From Candidatus Heimdallarchaeota archaeon (GTDB taxonomy: Archaea; Asgardarchaeota; Heimdallarchaeia; Heimdallarchaeales; Heimdallarchaeaceae): DNA of 64,000 nucleotides. How positions within the stretch are numbered: the first letter of the stretch is position 1; each line of letters begins with the position of its first letter. Where the stretch lies: positions 1 to 64,000 of the forward strand of contig JABCTC010000020.1 of NCBI GenBank assembly GCA_018238545.1. The letters run 5' to 3'. A program made the position numbers and the translations under genes. This document shows, piece by piece, positions 9,350 to 18,692 of this stretch. A model generated the notes under the pieces. That model saw only the letters and a list, made by a program, of their open reading frames with translations. It was not told where the DNA came from and searched no databases.

Positions 9350-10294
9350 TTATTGTTCCATTTTGTATTTTGTAGTGGTATAGGATTCTTTTATTCCCAC
9401 TTCACCATTTATGTACTTTGTTGCAAATTGACCACAATTAGTACCTATGTCATTCTCTTCCCATTCACCAATACTGATTTCAGCATCAAATCCTCTTTCT
9501 CGAAAAGCTTTAACCAAAGGAAAATATTCAGAGTTTTCTTCAGTAATGCCACTCTTCAACTGATTACTTTGTGCTTTGCTAGTAGGATTGACAGGTGTGA
9601 GTTTGATCCAATACATTGAAGGTTTAAAGTACTTTAGAATCACATCTGGATCAATAATAGAGTCAGCCGCAACAGCGAAGTTCAAGGTTATTCTTCTGTC
9701 TCCTTCCTTAAACCATTTTTCACCGTACTTAGAAATTTCTTCAAGACTCCAGATGTTTGTTGTTATCCATTTATGTCTTACGTTTTCATCAGTGGAATGT
9801 ATAGAAAATTGTAGTTGGAACTTTCCATTTGGATAGAACTCATCTTTAATAGAGATGAGCTTATTTAGAAAATCATCACTCCCATTAGGTGCGATTGTGC
9901 TTATACAGGGCATCAATCCTGGAGCGTCATATATTTCTGGTAACTCTTTCAAAACTTCTAGGACATCTTTGTTCAAAGAAGGCTCACCCATTCTCGCAAA
10001 CTGGATTTTAAATTTGTCAATTGGAATTTTACCTTCTGGAAAACGAGCTCTGATCATATAATCAATTTCTTCTAACATCCCTTCTTTAGAGACGTTACCA
10101 TGGTAGTACTCCCCAGCATCACACATTAAACAACCAATAGGACACCCATACATGGTTGAAATAACTAGAACCCATTTTTCTTCTCTAGGAATAGGGGGCT
10201 GTAGACTTTCAACAAATTCTACAATTTTATCTTCTTGTTTAGCTATGTAAAGAATTGCTAAATCTTCTTTACCATACTTTCCTAGAAGCTCCAT
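9350..10294 (-). CDS. RlmN/Cfr-like radical SAM enzyme
   Basis: CPIGCLMC, RMGEP, SIHS and C-terminal DIGTNCGQ match class A radical-SAM methyltransferase motifs. Confidence 0.8.
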   Translation of the reverse strand: MELLGKYGKEDLAILYIAKQEDKIVEFVESLQPPIPREEKWVLVISTMYGCPIGCLMCDAGEYYHGNVSKEGMLEEIDYMIRARFPEGKIPIDKFKIQFARMGEPSLNKDVLEVLKELPEIYDAPGLMPCISTIAPNGSDDFLNKLISIKDEFYPNGKFQLQFSIHSTDENVRHKWITTNIWSLEEISKYGEKWFKEGDRRITLNFAVAADSIIDPDVILKYFKPSMYWIKLTPVNPTSKAQSNQLKSGITEENSEYFPLVKAFRERGFDAEISIGEWEENDIGTNCGQFATKYINGEVGIKESYTTTKYKMEQ

Positions 10295-11198
10295 GATAAC
10301 CCTCTTTCTCAGTAATCTTTTTTACTGTTTCCATTGCAACCTTCATTCCATCTCCCATAGCTATCGAAACTTGTCTGAAATTATTTTTGTTAATATCACC
10401 AATAAAATATAGTTTGGAATCTATTTTTGGATTATTGTATTCAGATATTATGCCCTCAGAGAGAAAAGCATAATTTGGTTTTCTACCTATAGCAACCAAA
10501 ATTAAGTCTTTTGTCAGAGTTTTAGGTTCCCCATTTTCATCTACATCAAGAATTATTTTATCGTCTTGAGGCACTAAATTCTTTATAACATGGTTTTTCA
10601 GAATAACAATGTTAATTACATCATTTACTCGTTTTTGTAAAATTGGTAGACTAGATGTTTTATCAGTTCTACATATGATTGATATTTTATTTGCTATGTT
10701 TTGAAGATTTAGAGCGTAATCATATGCTACATCTCCACTTCCTATTATACCAATGTCTTTTTTTTCTGTAAACTGTTTAGCATTATAAATTTCATAGAAC
10801 AATTTTCCGTTTAGAAAAGCCTCTTTTTCACCCTCAACATCTAATTTCTTAGGGGTGGATCCCGTACCTATAATAAGATATTCGCTTATTATTTCTGTTT
10901 CAGCTGTATTAATTTTAAAGCCATTACTTACTTGCTCAACAGTTAGAACTTCCTCTAGAATAGTTGGAACACCAGCTTTTACCAGTTGCAATTGAAATGA
11001 TCTGGCGAAATCTTTCCCAACTACCCCTTCTGGATAACCTATGAGATTTTCAACAAGATTAGCATTCTTGATAGTTCCTCCTATTTCCTTTGAAACAAGA
11101 ACTATGTCTATTCCAGCTCTAATCAGTTGTATTGAAGCTGTTGCACAAGCCGGTCCTCCACCAATCAAAGCAACTTTGGTTATTAGTTTATTTTTCAT
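10269..11198 (-). CDS. NAD(P)/FAD-dependent oxidoreductase (TrxB-like fold without CxxC)
   Basis: GGGPA, GSGDVA, AIGRKPN, IGD...RQ...AMGDG. Confidence 0.85.
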   Translation of the reverse strand: MKNKLITKVALIGGGPACATASIQLIRAGIDIVLVSKEIGGTIKNANLVENLIGYPEGVVGKDFARSFQLQLVKAGVPTILEEVLTVEQVSNGFKINTAETEIISEYLIIGTGSTPKKLDVEGEKEAFLNGKLFYEIYNAKQFTEKKDIGIIGSGDVAYDYALNLQNIANKISIICRTDKTSSLPILQKRVNDVINIVILKNHVIKNLVPQDDKIILDVDENGEPKTLTKDLILVAIGRKPNYAFLSEGIISEYNNPKIDSKLYFIGDINKNNFRQVSIAMGDGMKVAMETVKKITEKEGYHGASRKVW

Positions 11199-11838
11199 TT
11201 ATTATCTCCTCTGTTGATATACATGTACCAAAACCATGAGATATCGCTCTTAGGGTTCCTAAATGTAGCTCTTCTGTATATGTAGCTGTGGCATCTACTA
11301 CAAAGAAAACCTCAAACCCTCTCATGAAAGCATCGCGTGCGGTTGTCTCGCAACAAAGATGTGTCATTACTCCTGTAATGATTATTTGTTCAATATCATT
11401 TTCCTTGAGAATAGTTTCTAGTTCTGTTTCATAGAATGCACTGTAATGGCTTTTCTCAATAACTTCTATGTCTCGTTTATTTAACATATGGGTGATTTTT
11501 GATTGATCATTATCCGGTCTAATATTGTCTTTCCACCAATTATTCATTATACTAGATTCGTTTTCGGTATCTAGATGCCTGGAGAAGATTACTTTGTTTC
11601 CCATCCATTGAAAAATCTTAGAAATCTCTTGGATTGAGGATATTATGTTTACTGAGGAAGGAACAAAAGCATGAGACTCTTCATTCACGAAGTAGTCTTG
11701 CATATCCAGAACTAAAAGAACTGCTTTCTTTAGATTTAGTTCAAAAGGTCGATATGATTTGATTTTTCTACATTCATCTAACCAATAGCTCACTTTCTTT
11801 TCTCTGTTTTTTTCCGTTAGATAAACTTCTTTCATCAT
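11188..11838 (-). CDS. Isochorismatase-family cysteine hydrolase
   Basis: LLVLDMQ, K..YSAF..T.L, GVMTHLCCETTARDAF (D-K-C triad). Confidence 0.92.
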   Translation of the reverse strand: MMKEVYLTEKNREKKVSYWLDECRKIKSYRPFELNLKKAVLLVLDMQDYFVNEESHAFVPSSVNIISSIQEISKIFQWMGNKVIFSRHLDTENESSIMNNWWKDNIRPDNDQSKITHMLNKRDIEVIEKSHYSAFYETELETILKENDIEQIIITGVMTHLCCETTARDAFMRGFEVFFVVDATATYTEELHLGTLRAISHGFGTCISTEEIINEK

Positions 11839-11885
11839 TAAGGAAACAATGTTTTACCCTTTAAGAATGTTGTTTTGCTGAAAAT

Positions 11886-11933
11886 GTCACAACTTGTGAC
11901 CTCTTTATGTGTTCAATCCTTTTTAAAAGGGAT
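11886..11933. promoter_or_regulatory. Two palindromes in a divergent promoter region: GTCACAA-C-TTGTGAC and ATCCTTTTTAAAAGGGAT (overlapping a TATA-like TTTTAAAA)
   Basis: Perfect 7-1-7 inverted repeat at 11886-11900 and an imperfect 18-bp palindrome at 11916-11933. Confidence 0.45.
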
Positions 11934-11959
11934 AGTGATGTTAAGATAGGTGCAAAAAA

Positions 11960-12061
11960 ATGAATAAAAAACTCGCAATAAAAATAAAACTCCAAAAAGA
12001 ACTTAAAATAGAGAGAAATTCTGGACTAAGAACATACATACTCCTAAAAGGTTCTCTCTAA
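11960..12061 (+). CDS. Putative 33-aa basic small protein (MNKKLAIKIKLQKELKIERNSGLRTYILLKGSL)
   Basis: ATG preceded by SD-like AGGTG and a TATA-like box; below the ORF-track size cutoff. Confidence 0.35.
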   Translation: MNKKLAIKIKLQKELKIERNSGLRTYILLKGSL

Positions 12062-12103
12062 AATTCCATTTTTCTTATCTTCATAAGATAAACATATCTT
12101 CTT

Positions 12104-12937
12104 TTATTTATATCCAAGAACACTCTCACCATCAGGAGTCTTCTTTGTTTTAAAACCAACAGAATTAAGTCTGTCTTGGACACCTTTCACAAAATCTTTC
12201 CCTCGATATTTTGAACCAGGATTACCAACATAATGAAGTAGTCTTCCTTTAGGTTTAAGAATACGATATAGTTCCTCATAAAACTTTTCAGAATATAACT
12301 CACCTGCGAAAGAGAATCGGGGAGGATCATGAAGAATAACACTAAAGGAATCATCGCTGAATTTTTTGACTGATTCCGTTGCATTCTCGTTGATTAATTT
12401 AATTGTTCCCCGTTCAATGCCATCAAAAAGTTCTCTTGAATAAGGATTGAATCCAGCTATCTCCAATACACTGGGGTCTTTCTCTATAGTTGTAACAGTT
12501 GCATTTTTCCTCTTAGCTTGAATTGCTGTGTATCCCAATCCTGTGCATATATCAAGCACTATATCTGACGATTTAACTCTCACATATTCTATTTTTCTTT
12601 CTGCATCTTCTATAGGTGTCATATGCTTTGTTCGATGCATCCGAATCCCATCAATCTCTATTGTTGGAACTGTTCCTTTGATTGGTTCTAATTTGTAAAA
12701 ACATTCATCAAAAAAAGCAATCTTTCTTGGTTTTTTTTCTAGTAAAAATGCTGCCTGAGCTTTCTCAAGTTTCTTAATCGTTTTTAGGGTGTAAGTAAAA
12801 TCACCAATTTTGATGTTTTCTCCTTTAAGATAAGCAATTTGATTTATTAGTCCAAGGTCTAGCTTTAATTTGATTGAAGTTTTTCTCTTTTGATGAGCTA
12901 TAATTATTTTTTCAGCTTCAAAAGAATCAATTATCAT
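12104..12937 (-). CDS. Class I SAM-dependent methyltransferase (archaeal COG2521-like)
   Basis: PTIEIDGIRMH, VLDICTGLGYTA, HDPPRFS.AGELYS. Confidence 0.88.
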   Translation of the reverse strand: MIIDSFEAEKIIIAHQKRKTSIKLKLDLGLINQIAYLKGENIKIGDFTYTLKTIKKLEKAQAAFLLEKKPRKIAFFDECFYKLEPIKGTVPTIEIDGIRMHRTKHMTPIEDAERKIEYVRVKSSDIVLDICTGLGYTAIQAKRKNATVTTIEKDPSVLEIAGFNPYSRELFDGIERGTIKLINENATESVKKFSDDSFSVILHDPPRFSFAGELYSEKFYEELYRILKPKGRLLHYVGNPGSKYRGKDFVKGVQDRLNSVGFKTKKTPDGESVLGYK

Positions 12938-12943
12938 TATTGA

Positions 12944-13681
12944 TCATCTCTCATAGGGTTTATCTCTTAGTTTGTCTTTAGCACCGAATTCTTCCGCTGC
13001 TTGAGGCCAACCATTATTAGCCCCATTCACATAGGATTCTAAGGGCATTGGAATGAACTCTAGCTTCTTAAGCTCATCTCTTGGAACAATTTCTCCTTTG
13101 CTCAAATGATTAACTGATGATCTAATAACAGAATCAAGTATTTTTGTTGGTTTAGTGTATATTTCATTTCTTGGATCTTCTTCTGGTAGTTGCTCAAGCA
13201 TCTTCAAGAATTCTGGGATTGGATACTGTGCATATGTGCCAGCTGCACCAATCGGTAAACCCCCAGCCCAAATAATATCATTCTGTTTTGCAAATTGTTC
13301 ATAGATTTTCAAAGTAATATTATTATGATAATATTCAAGAAAACCAGCATTAGAAATTGCGAACAGATGTCTTGTTTTATTACTTAGCTTACCTTGTTGA
13401 AATGCTTCAGATATGATATCCATTAGTTTAATTGTCATATAAGGAGCTTGATCTATATAGAGTGGTGATGAAATTAGGATTATGTCGCTATCATTAACAG
13501 ACTTTATCATCTCTTCTGTTTTTTCTTGATTTTTCAGTGTTCTATATGCCCCGAAGGTCTTTACAACTATTCCTTTCTCCTCAAATAAGCTTACAAGATA
13601 GGAACCAATAGAATGAGAAGCACTTTTATCTCCCCTTGGACTGCACATTAAAAATGTTAATTGCCTACTCATTTTCTTCAC
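12944..13681 (-). CDS. Flavodoxin-like NAD(P)H-dependent oxidoreductase
   Basis: CSPRG..SAS, SPLYID; coupled to the upstream flavodoxin gene. Confidence 0.75.
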   Translation of the reverse strand: MKKMSRQLTFLMCSPRGDKSASHSIGSYLVSLFEEKGIVVKTFGAYRTLKNQEKTEEMIKSVNDSDIILISSPLYIDQAPYMTIKLMDIISEAFQQGKLSNKTRHLFAISNAGFLEYYHNNITLKIYEQFAKQNDIIWAGGLPIGAAGTYAQYPIPEFLKMLEQLPEEDPRNEIYTKPTKILDSVIRSSVNHLSKGEIVPRDELKKLEFIPMPLESYVNGANNGWPQAAEEFGAKDKLRDKPYER

Positions 13682-14243
13682 CTACTTCCATCAAACTGTT
13701 CTTAAGTTTCTTTTTAATCGTTGCTTCATCATCATCCGTGTAAATTACTTGGGAGGAGTATTTTGGGCAGAAGAGATTGAGTACATTCCTTTGTACAAGT
13801 TCAGTAAAAATCTCTTCTTGATCAGAATTGGGTTTATCTAAAGTCCCGATAACTACGAGATTAGGATACTCGTCATATCTCATCTCATGATGAATTTCAT
13901 TTTCATAAACGCGGAAAAATGGCGAAATTAAACCCAATGATCTATCAATGGCTTTCTTCAGTTCAGCAGAATATCCACCATAATTAATAGGTGTGATATA
14001 GACCAGAACATCTGACTGAATCATTTTCTTTGCAACTTCTCTCCCATAATCGTCAATAATGCAAATTCCAGGTGTTTGAACCCAACATTTGAAGCAACCT
14101 AGACAAGGTTTAATCTCTTCATCATGCAGAATAACAGTATCACCTACGTAATTGTTTCGTTGGAATTCGTCAGAGACCATTTGGTTAATTCTTGGAATAA
14201 AAGAATCGTCCTTATACATTCCATTTAAAATCACATATGACAT
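13665..14243 (-). CDS. Flavodoxin family / iron-sulfur flavoprotein-like protein
   Basis: CLGCFKCWVQTPGIC cysteine motif, TPINYGGYS..LKKAIDR. Confidence 0.85.
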   Translation of the reverse strand: MSYVILNGMYKDDSFIPRINQMVSDEFQRNNYVGDTVILHDEEIKPCLGCFKCWVQTPGICIIDDYGREVAKKMIQSDVLVYITPINYGGYSAELKKAIDRSLGLISPFFRVYENEIHHEMRYDEYPNLVVIGTLDKPNSDQEEIFTELVQRNVLNLFCPKYSSQVIYTDDDEATIKKKLKNSLMEVGEENE

Positions 14244-14360
14244 TAAATATTGAATCCCAACTGCATATTTATATCTTTACAAAACTAAAAGGTAGAAGAT
14301 TTTAACTTTCTTTACTCAAAAGTATAGAGACTTATAAATTCTCTATTTTAGAAACAACAA

Positions 14361-15422
14361 ATGTCTCTTCCTAATTTCAAAATATCTGAATTTGATGTAT
14401 TTACTGCTGCAGCTGATATATTTGAGAAGTACTTCGATTTAAATGACGAGCTCTTCTTTGAAGTTGAACCTGACGATAAACCTTATCCAAGAGATTTACG
14501 GAAAAAAATGATGAGTGATCAGAACCCAAGAAGTGAGACACATCGATGGTTAATTACTACGGAAAATGATGAACTAGTTATAGGATTTGCTCAAGTGAGC
14601 TATAATACAAAACTTGCAACTAATTACGAGCAAACACAAAGTATAGCAACTATGGAATTAGGGATTAGCAAACCTTTTAGAAGGAATCGTTTAGGTTCTA
14701 AACTTCTACGGACAGTTATAGATCATCTTATGAAACTTGAAAGAATTACAACTATTACTTCAACACTTTCTGATGAGACAGGAATAAATTTCTGTAATTT
14801 TCTAAGAGGAATACTCGTGCATGAAGAAGCTGAATTCAGATTGCATTTTAGTAAGATTGATTGGGATTAGATCAAACAATGGAAATCAACCGGTGAGAAG
14901 TTATCAAAAAGTGATGGGATAACTCTGGAAATGTTTGAGACATGCCCTGAAGATATTATCCAAGAATATACAGAAATATACACAGAAACATTAAATCAAC
15001 GTCCATTAGGGCAGATTCCAGCTACAGTGAGAGTTACTCCTGAAACAAGAAAAGAGAAAGAGAAAAGTTGGATTACTAATAGGGGGCATAAATGGTTTAC
15101 AATGATTACTAAGGAATCTGATCAACAAATAAGTGGATTAACAGAGATGGTCTATATTCCTGAATCCCCATATTATATCGAACAGTTACTCACTGGTGTA
15201 AAAACAGAATATAGAGGAAGAGGATTAGGAAAATGGTTGAAGGCAGAGATGATTGATTTCATTCATAAAAAATACCCAAAAATAAAATTTATTGCAACAG
15301 ATAATGCGGGTACAAATGCCCCAATGATTTCAATCAATGAAAAATTAGGGTTTACAGAACATATTTCGATAAAAACGTATCAATTCAATCTTAGTGGGTT
15401 AGATGACTTAATCCCCATTTAA
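14361..15422 (+). pseudogene. Tandem GNAT acetyltransferase interrupted by one in-frame TAG (14868-14870)
   Basis: ORFs 14361-14870 and 14931-15422 are in the same frame with no other stop between them. Each half has a GNAT motif A (FRRNRLGSKL; YRGRGLGKWLK...N..MISIN.KLGF). Confidence 0.75.
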
Positions 15423-15527
15423 CTAAACAGAGAAAAATCATTAAGTACTCATAACTAATTTTTTAAGAAACTTAGGTGGTCTAAAGATTACAAAGGCTAC
15501 AATGGAAATAGCTACTGAGTTCACATG

Positions 15528-15899
15528 CTATTCTTTAAAAGATTCTTCAGTTGTATCTTCAAGAGTTTTAATGAACCGATTACTAACATTACAATACACT
15601 ATTCCAACAATTCCAATCGCTGCAACAGCTACAAATAACCAGATTGAAAATAAACTAAACATGTCAGGATTTATCAATCCAATAATCGCTCCAATTAGAA
15701 GAGGGGTACCTGTAACAAAAAACAAAATCGAATAATATTTCGCCAATCCTTCTTTATCAACACTGAAGTCCTTTTTTCTAAAGATTCTTTGAAAAGCTTC
15801 ATATCTATAAATTAAGAAGTTTACCCAACCCAATATCATCAAAAATCCAAGAGCAAACAAAACGATTGCAGCAATTAATGCATAGATTTCCAACCCCAT
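15528..15899 (-). CDS. Small 3-TM membrane protein (DUF3784-like)
   Basis: Three hydrophobic helices with a VDKEGLAKY loop. Confidence 0.7.
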   Translation of the reverse strand: MGLEIYALIAAIVLFALGFLMILGWVNFLIYRYEAFQRIFRKKDFSVDKEGLAKYYSILFFVTGTPLLIGAIIGLINPDMFSLFSIWLFVAVAAIGIVGIVYCNVSNRFIKTLEDTTEESFKE

Positions 15900-16021
15900 G
15901 ATGCATTATCGAAAAAACACATATTTAAATTTAATCAATTACTTGGCTATGTGTCAATTATATCTAGCTCACTCCTTCAGTTTATTGTAGCTCTCAGCCT
16001 TTTAGTTGAGTCTTCCTCCAT

Positions 16022-16981
16022 TCAGCCAACGCTTTTAGTTTCTAGTGTTGTCTTGGCCAAAGATACCAATTCTTGATTGCCTATTTCTTCTGCTATTTCT
16101 ATTCCTTTTTCCAAATATGGAACTGATTTCTCGAACTGTTCCGATCTTATGAAGGTTCTACCAATTGAGATAGACCCTATTGCCTGTGCCATTTTAATTC
16201 CAATTTTCAAGGCAGCTTCATATCCTGATTTATAGAATTCCATTGCTTTTTGATAATCTTTCTTTCTTATATGTAAGTCACCGAGGCTAAGGATTGAGAA
16301 AGGGATCCCAATTTTAAACCCTGCATCATCTCTAAGTTTTAATGACTCAACCAAGAATTTCTCAGCTTCTTCTAGTTCTTCATTTCTCATTTCTAAGAAT
16401 CCCAGGTGTCTACCCGCAAAGGACATCTCTATAGGATTGTTAGTATTTTTTGCTAGATGGTAGGAATTGTTATACCATATACTTGCTTCTTCAAATTGAT
16501 TCCATCTCTCAAAAAATAGACCACGATAGAAGTATGCCATGCTTAGGTACTTTGTGTTCTTAACAACTTCTAAAATTTCAATTGCTTTAACAATGTAGTC
16601 GATTGCTATGTTTAGATTTTCGATTTTTTCTTCTGGATTTGAAATTGTTTTGTAATTCCAAGCATTAGCATATTGGATGTTTAATCTTGCACTTTCCAAT
16701 GATTGGTTATCCAGTATAATCTTATCGCAAATTTGAAGTTTCTCTGTTGCCAAACCAAAATCTTTGTTTTCCATGAGAATTGATACAACAAGAATCTCAG
16801 AATATAGAAGATAGAATTGTATTTTGAGATATTCATCAAAATTCTCTGCGTGAATAACAGGTTCACCCTTTTCTAATAGATCAATTGCTTTCTTCAAATC
16901 TCCTTCATGATAGAACTTCTGAACCTCCCCTAGAAACCTCTCAATGTCCTGTATTTGTTGTTCTCTCATTGCTGTTAACAT
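16022..16981 (-). CDS. Tetratricopeptide repeat protein
   Basis: Repeated LG......G/E..EA.....S helical pattern. Confidence 0.85.
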   Translation of the reverse strand: MLTAMREQQIQDIERFLGEVQKFYHEGDLKKAIDLLEKGEPVIHAENFDEYLKIQFYLLYSEILVVSILMENKDFGLATEKLQICDKIILDNQSLESARLNIQYANAWNYKTISNPEEKIENLNIAIDYIVKAIEILEVVKNTKYLSMAYFYRGLFFERWNQFEEASIWYNNSYHLAKNTNNPIEMSFAGRHLGFLEMRNEELEEAEKFLVESLKLRDDAGFKIGIPFSILSLGDLHIRKKDYQKAMEFYKSGYEAALKIGIKMAQAIGSISIGRTFIRSEQFEKSVPYLEKGIEIAEEIGNQELVSLAKTTLETKSVG

Positions 16982-17015
16982 TCACATGACTATTAATATA
17001 GTTTTTTCAGTTTAG

Positions 17016-17054
17016 CGCAAAGAGATTTTCTCGCTCATTAGAAAAATAACTTTG
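17016..17054. repeat. Direct repeat copy 1 (CGCAAAGAGATTTTCTCGCTCATTAGAAAAATAACTTTG)
   Basis: Matches 20571-20609 at 33/39 positions; internal inverted repeat TTTTCT-N8-AGAAAA. Confidence 0.8.
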
Positions 17055-17178
17055 CTTTTATGAATATCTTTTGTCTTCCCAACAGCATTTAAACAGCATT
17101 TGTATAATAGGCTATTAAATAGATTTTGCGCTGCTTTATACAGAGAATTTAAATTCTGTAATCAAATTATATTCATAA

Positions 17179-17976
17179 ATGAGCAACATAATGTCATTTG
17201 TATCTGGCTTGAATTTGGATAAATATAGTTCTTCTTTTTATGCCTTTCTGATTGAACTTTTTGAGTTTAATGTCTATTTTAGATTCGGTGAAAAGAGGGT
17301 TAAATCTGAACTTCAGGAATTGAAAGAGAAGCACTCAAAATTAACTAAGACAAAAAGTGATGGTTGGAGTATGTTTGAACAAACCATTATTGGAGGGTTT
17401 TTACATGAATATGATCATCACCGAAATAAGATTATTCTAGTACAATTGAATACGACTTTTGAGAATTATGTAATGGATTTTTCATTTAGATTACTACAAA
17501 ATTATCCTGAAATGCTTGATGAGTGTCAAGTTAAAATGAGCGAAGTAAGAACAAAGAGTATAGAAGATGTAATAGACACAAAGATTGAGGAATTTATTCG
17601 AAATCAAGTAATGGCCAATAGTTTCAAGAAAATTTTTGAAAACATTAACAAAAAATTCAAAATTTCGGCAGATTTAGACTCTGAAATATTTAATAAACTA
17701 GATGAATTTCGAGAAATAAGGAACCTTATTGTTCATAGAAATTGTATAGTTGATAGAAAATTCATGGATAAATATACAAATGTGAGATACAAACTCGGAA
17801 AAAAATTATTGATTAAAAATGAATACTTACAAGATATAGAACATCTCATAGTAAAAACAATTTCTAGTTTTGATCAAGAGCTTATTAAAAAACACTCATT
17901 TCTAATACCAAAGGAAATCATACTTGGTCTTCCCAAAGATTTAGACGATAAATTTCTTGAAATGTTTGAGAGTTAA
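17179..17976 (+). CDS. HEPN-domain protein (putative RNase toxin/defence effector)
   Basis: All-helical character, upstream FE.Y motif, and RNLIVH matching the HEPN Rx4H motif. Confidence 0.65.
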   Translation: MSNIMSFVSGLNLDKYSSSFYAFLIELFEFNVYFRFGEKRVKSELQELKEKHSKLTKTKSDGWSMFEQTIIGGFLHEYDHHRNKIILVQLNTTFENYVMDFSFRLLQNYPEMLDECQVKMSEVRTKSIEDVIDTKIEEFIRNQVMANSFKKIFENINKKFKISADLDSEIFNKLDEFREIRNLIVHRNCIVDRKFMDKYTNVRYKLGKKLLIKNEYLQDIEHLIVKTISSFDQELIKKHSFLIPKEIILGLPKDLDDKFLEMFES

Positions 17977-18124
17977 AATACTAAGTTAATCTTCGACGAA
18001 ACTAAGATGAAGTGTAGAGAACACATTATTTCTATTGTGTTATTACATTCTTTGACACTCTTTAGAGAAAATATTGTAATCAATTACTTAGGGTATTTTT
18101 CTGGATTCAAAAGAATTTTTAAGT

Positions 18125-18565
18125 GTGAAAAATATTAGAAAACTTATGTCGAATTATTGGGAGCTATGGAGTGAATACCTATTTGAACCCTTGAAACCGG
18201 ATGTAAATGCTAGAAAGTATTGGAATTTAATTACTAAAACATATGATAAAACAAAGGATAGTATTGCTTCTAGATTTTTAGGTTTTTTCCTATTGCTACT
18301 TCTAGGTACAATTGGTTTAGTATTACTTATCGCTGTGATGATAATTGGGTTTGGGTTAATAATTTCTTCATATATTCTTTGGATTGCAGTTTATATACTT
18401 TTGATGGTAATTGGTTTGGTATTTATCTGGTTAATCTGGATTATTTCAGGTAAAGAGGGCTTAAATAGCGCAGAAAGTTGGCTTAATGATGATATAGACT
18501 CGACTTTTACTGAGTTGAGAGATTATCTAATAGATCTAGCAGGACAACTAAATCCTTGTAAATAA
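18125..18565 (+). CDS. Hypothetical membrane protein
   Basis: Continuous hydrophobic stretch of ~55 aa; start uncertain (GTG 18125 or ATG 18146). Confidence 0.65.
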   Translation: MKNIRKLMSNYWELWSEYLFEPLKPDVNARKYWNLITKTYDKTKDSIASRFLGFFLLLLLGTIGLVLLIAVMIIGFGLIISSYILWIAVYILLMVIGLVFIWLIWIISGKEGLNSAESWLNDDIDSTFTELRDYLIDLAGQLNPCK

Positions 18566-18692
18566 CATTCGTTAAGTTGAGCGATACCTTTACATCTAGT
18601 AAATTTATCTTTTTTAAATATGATGCAAAAGGATTTTTAGCTAATAAATTTCACAACCTTGCTGTCCAGTTGGATCAATCACTAATAATAAT

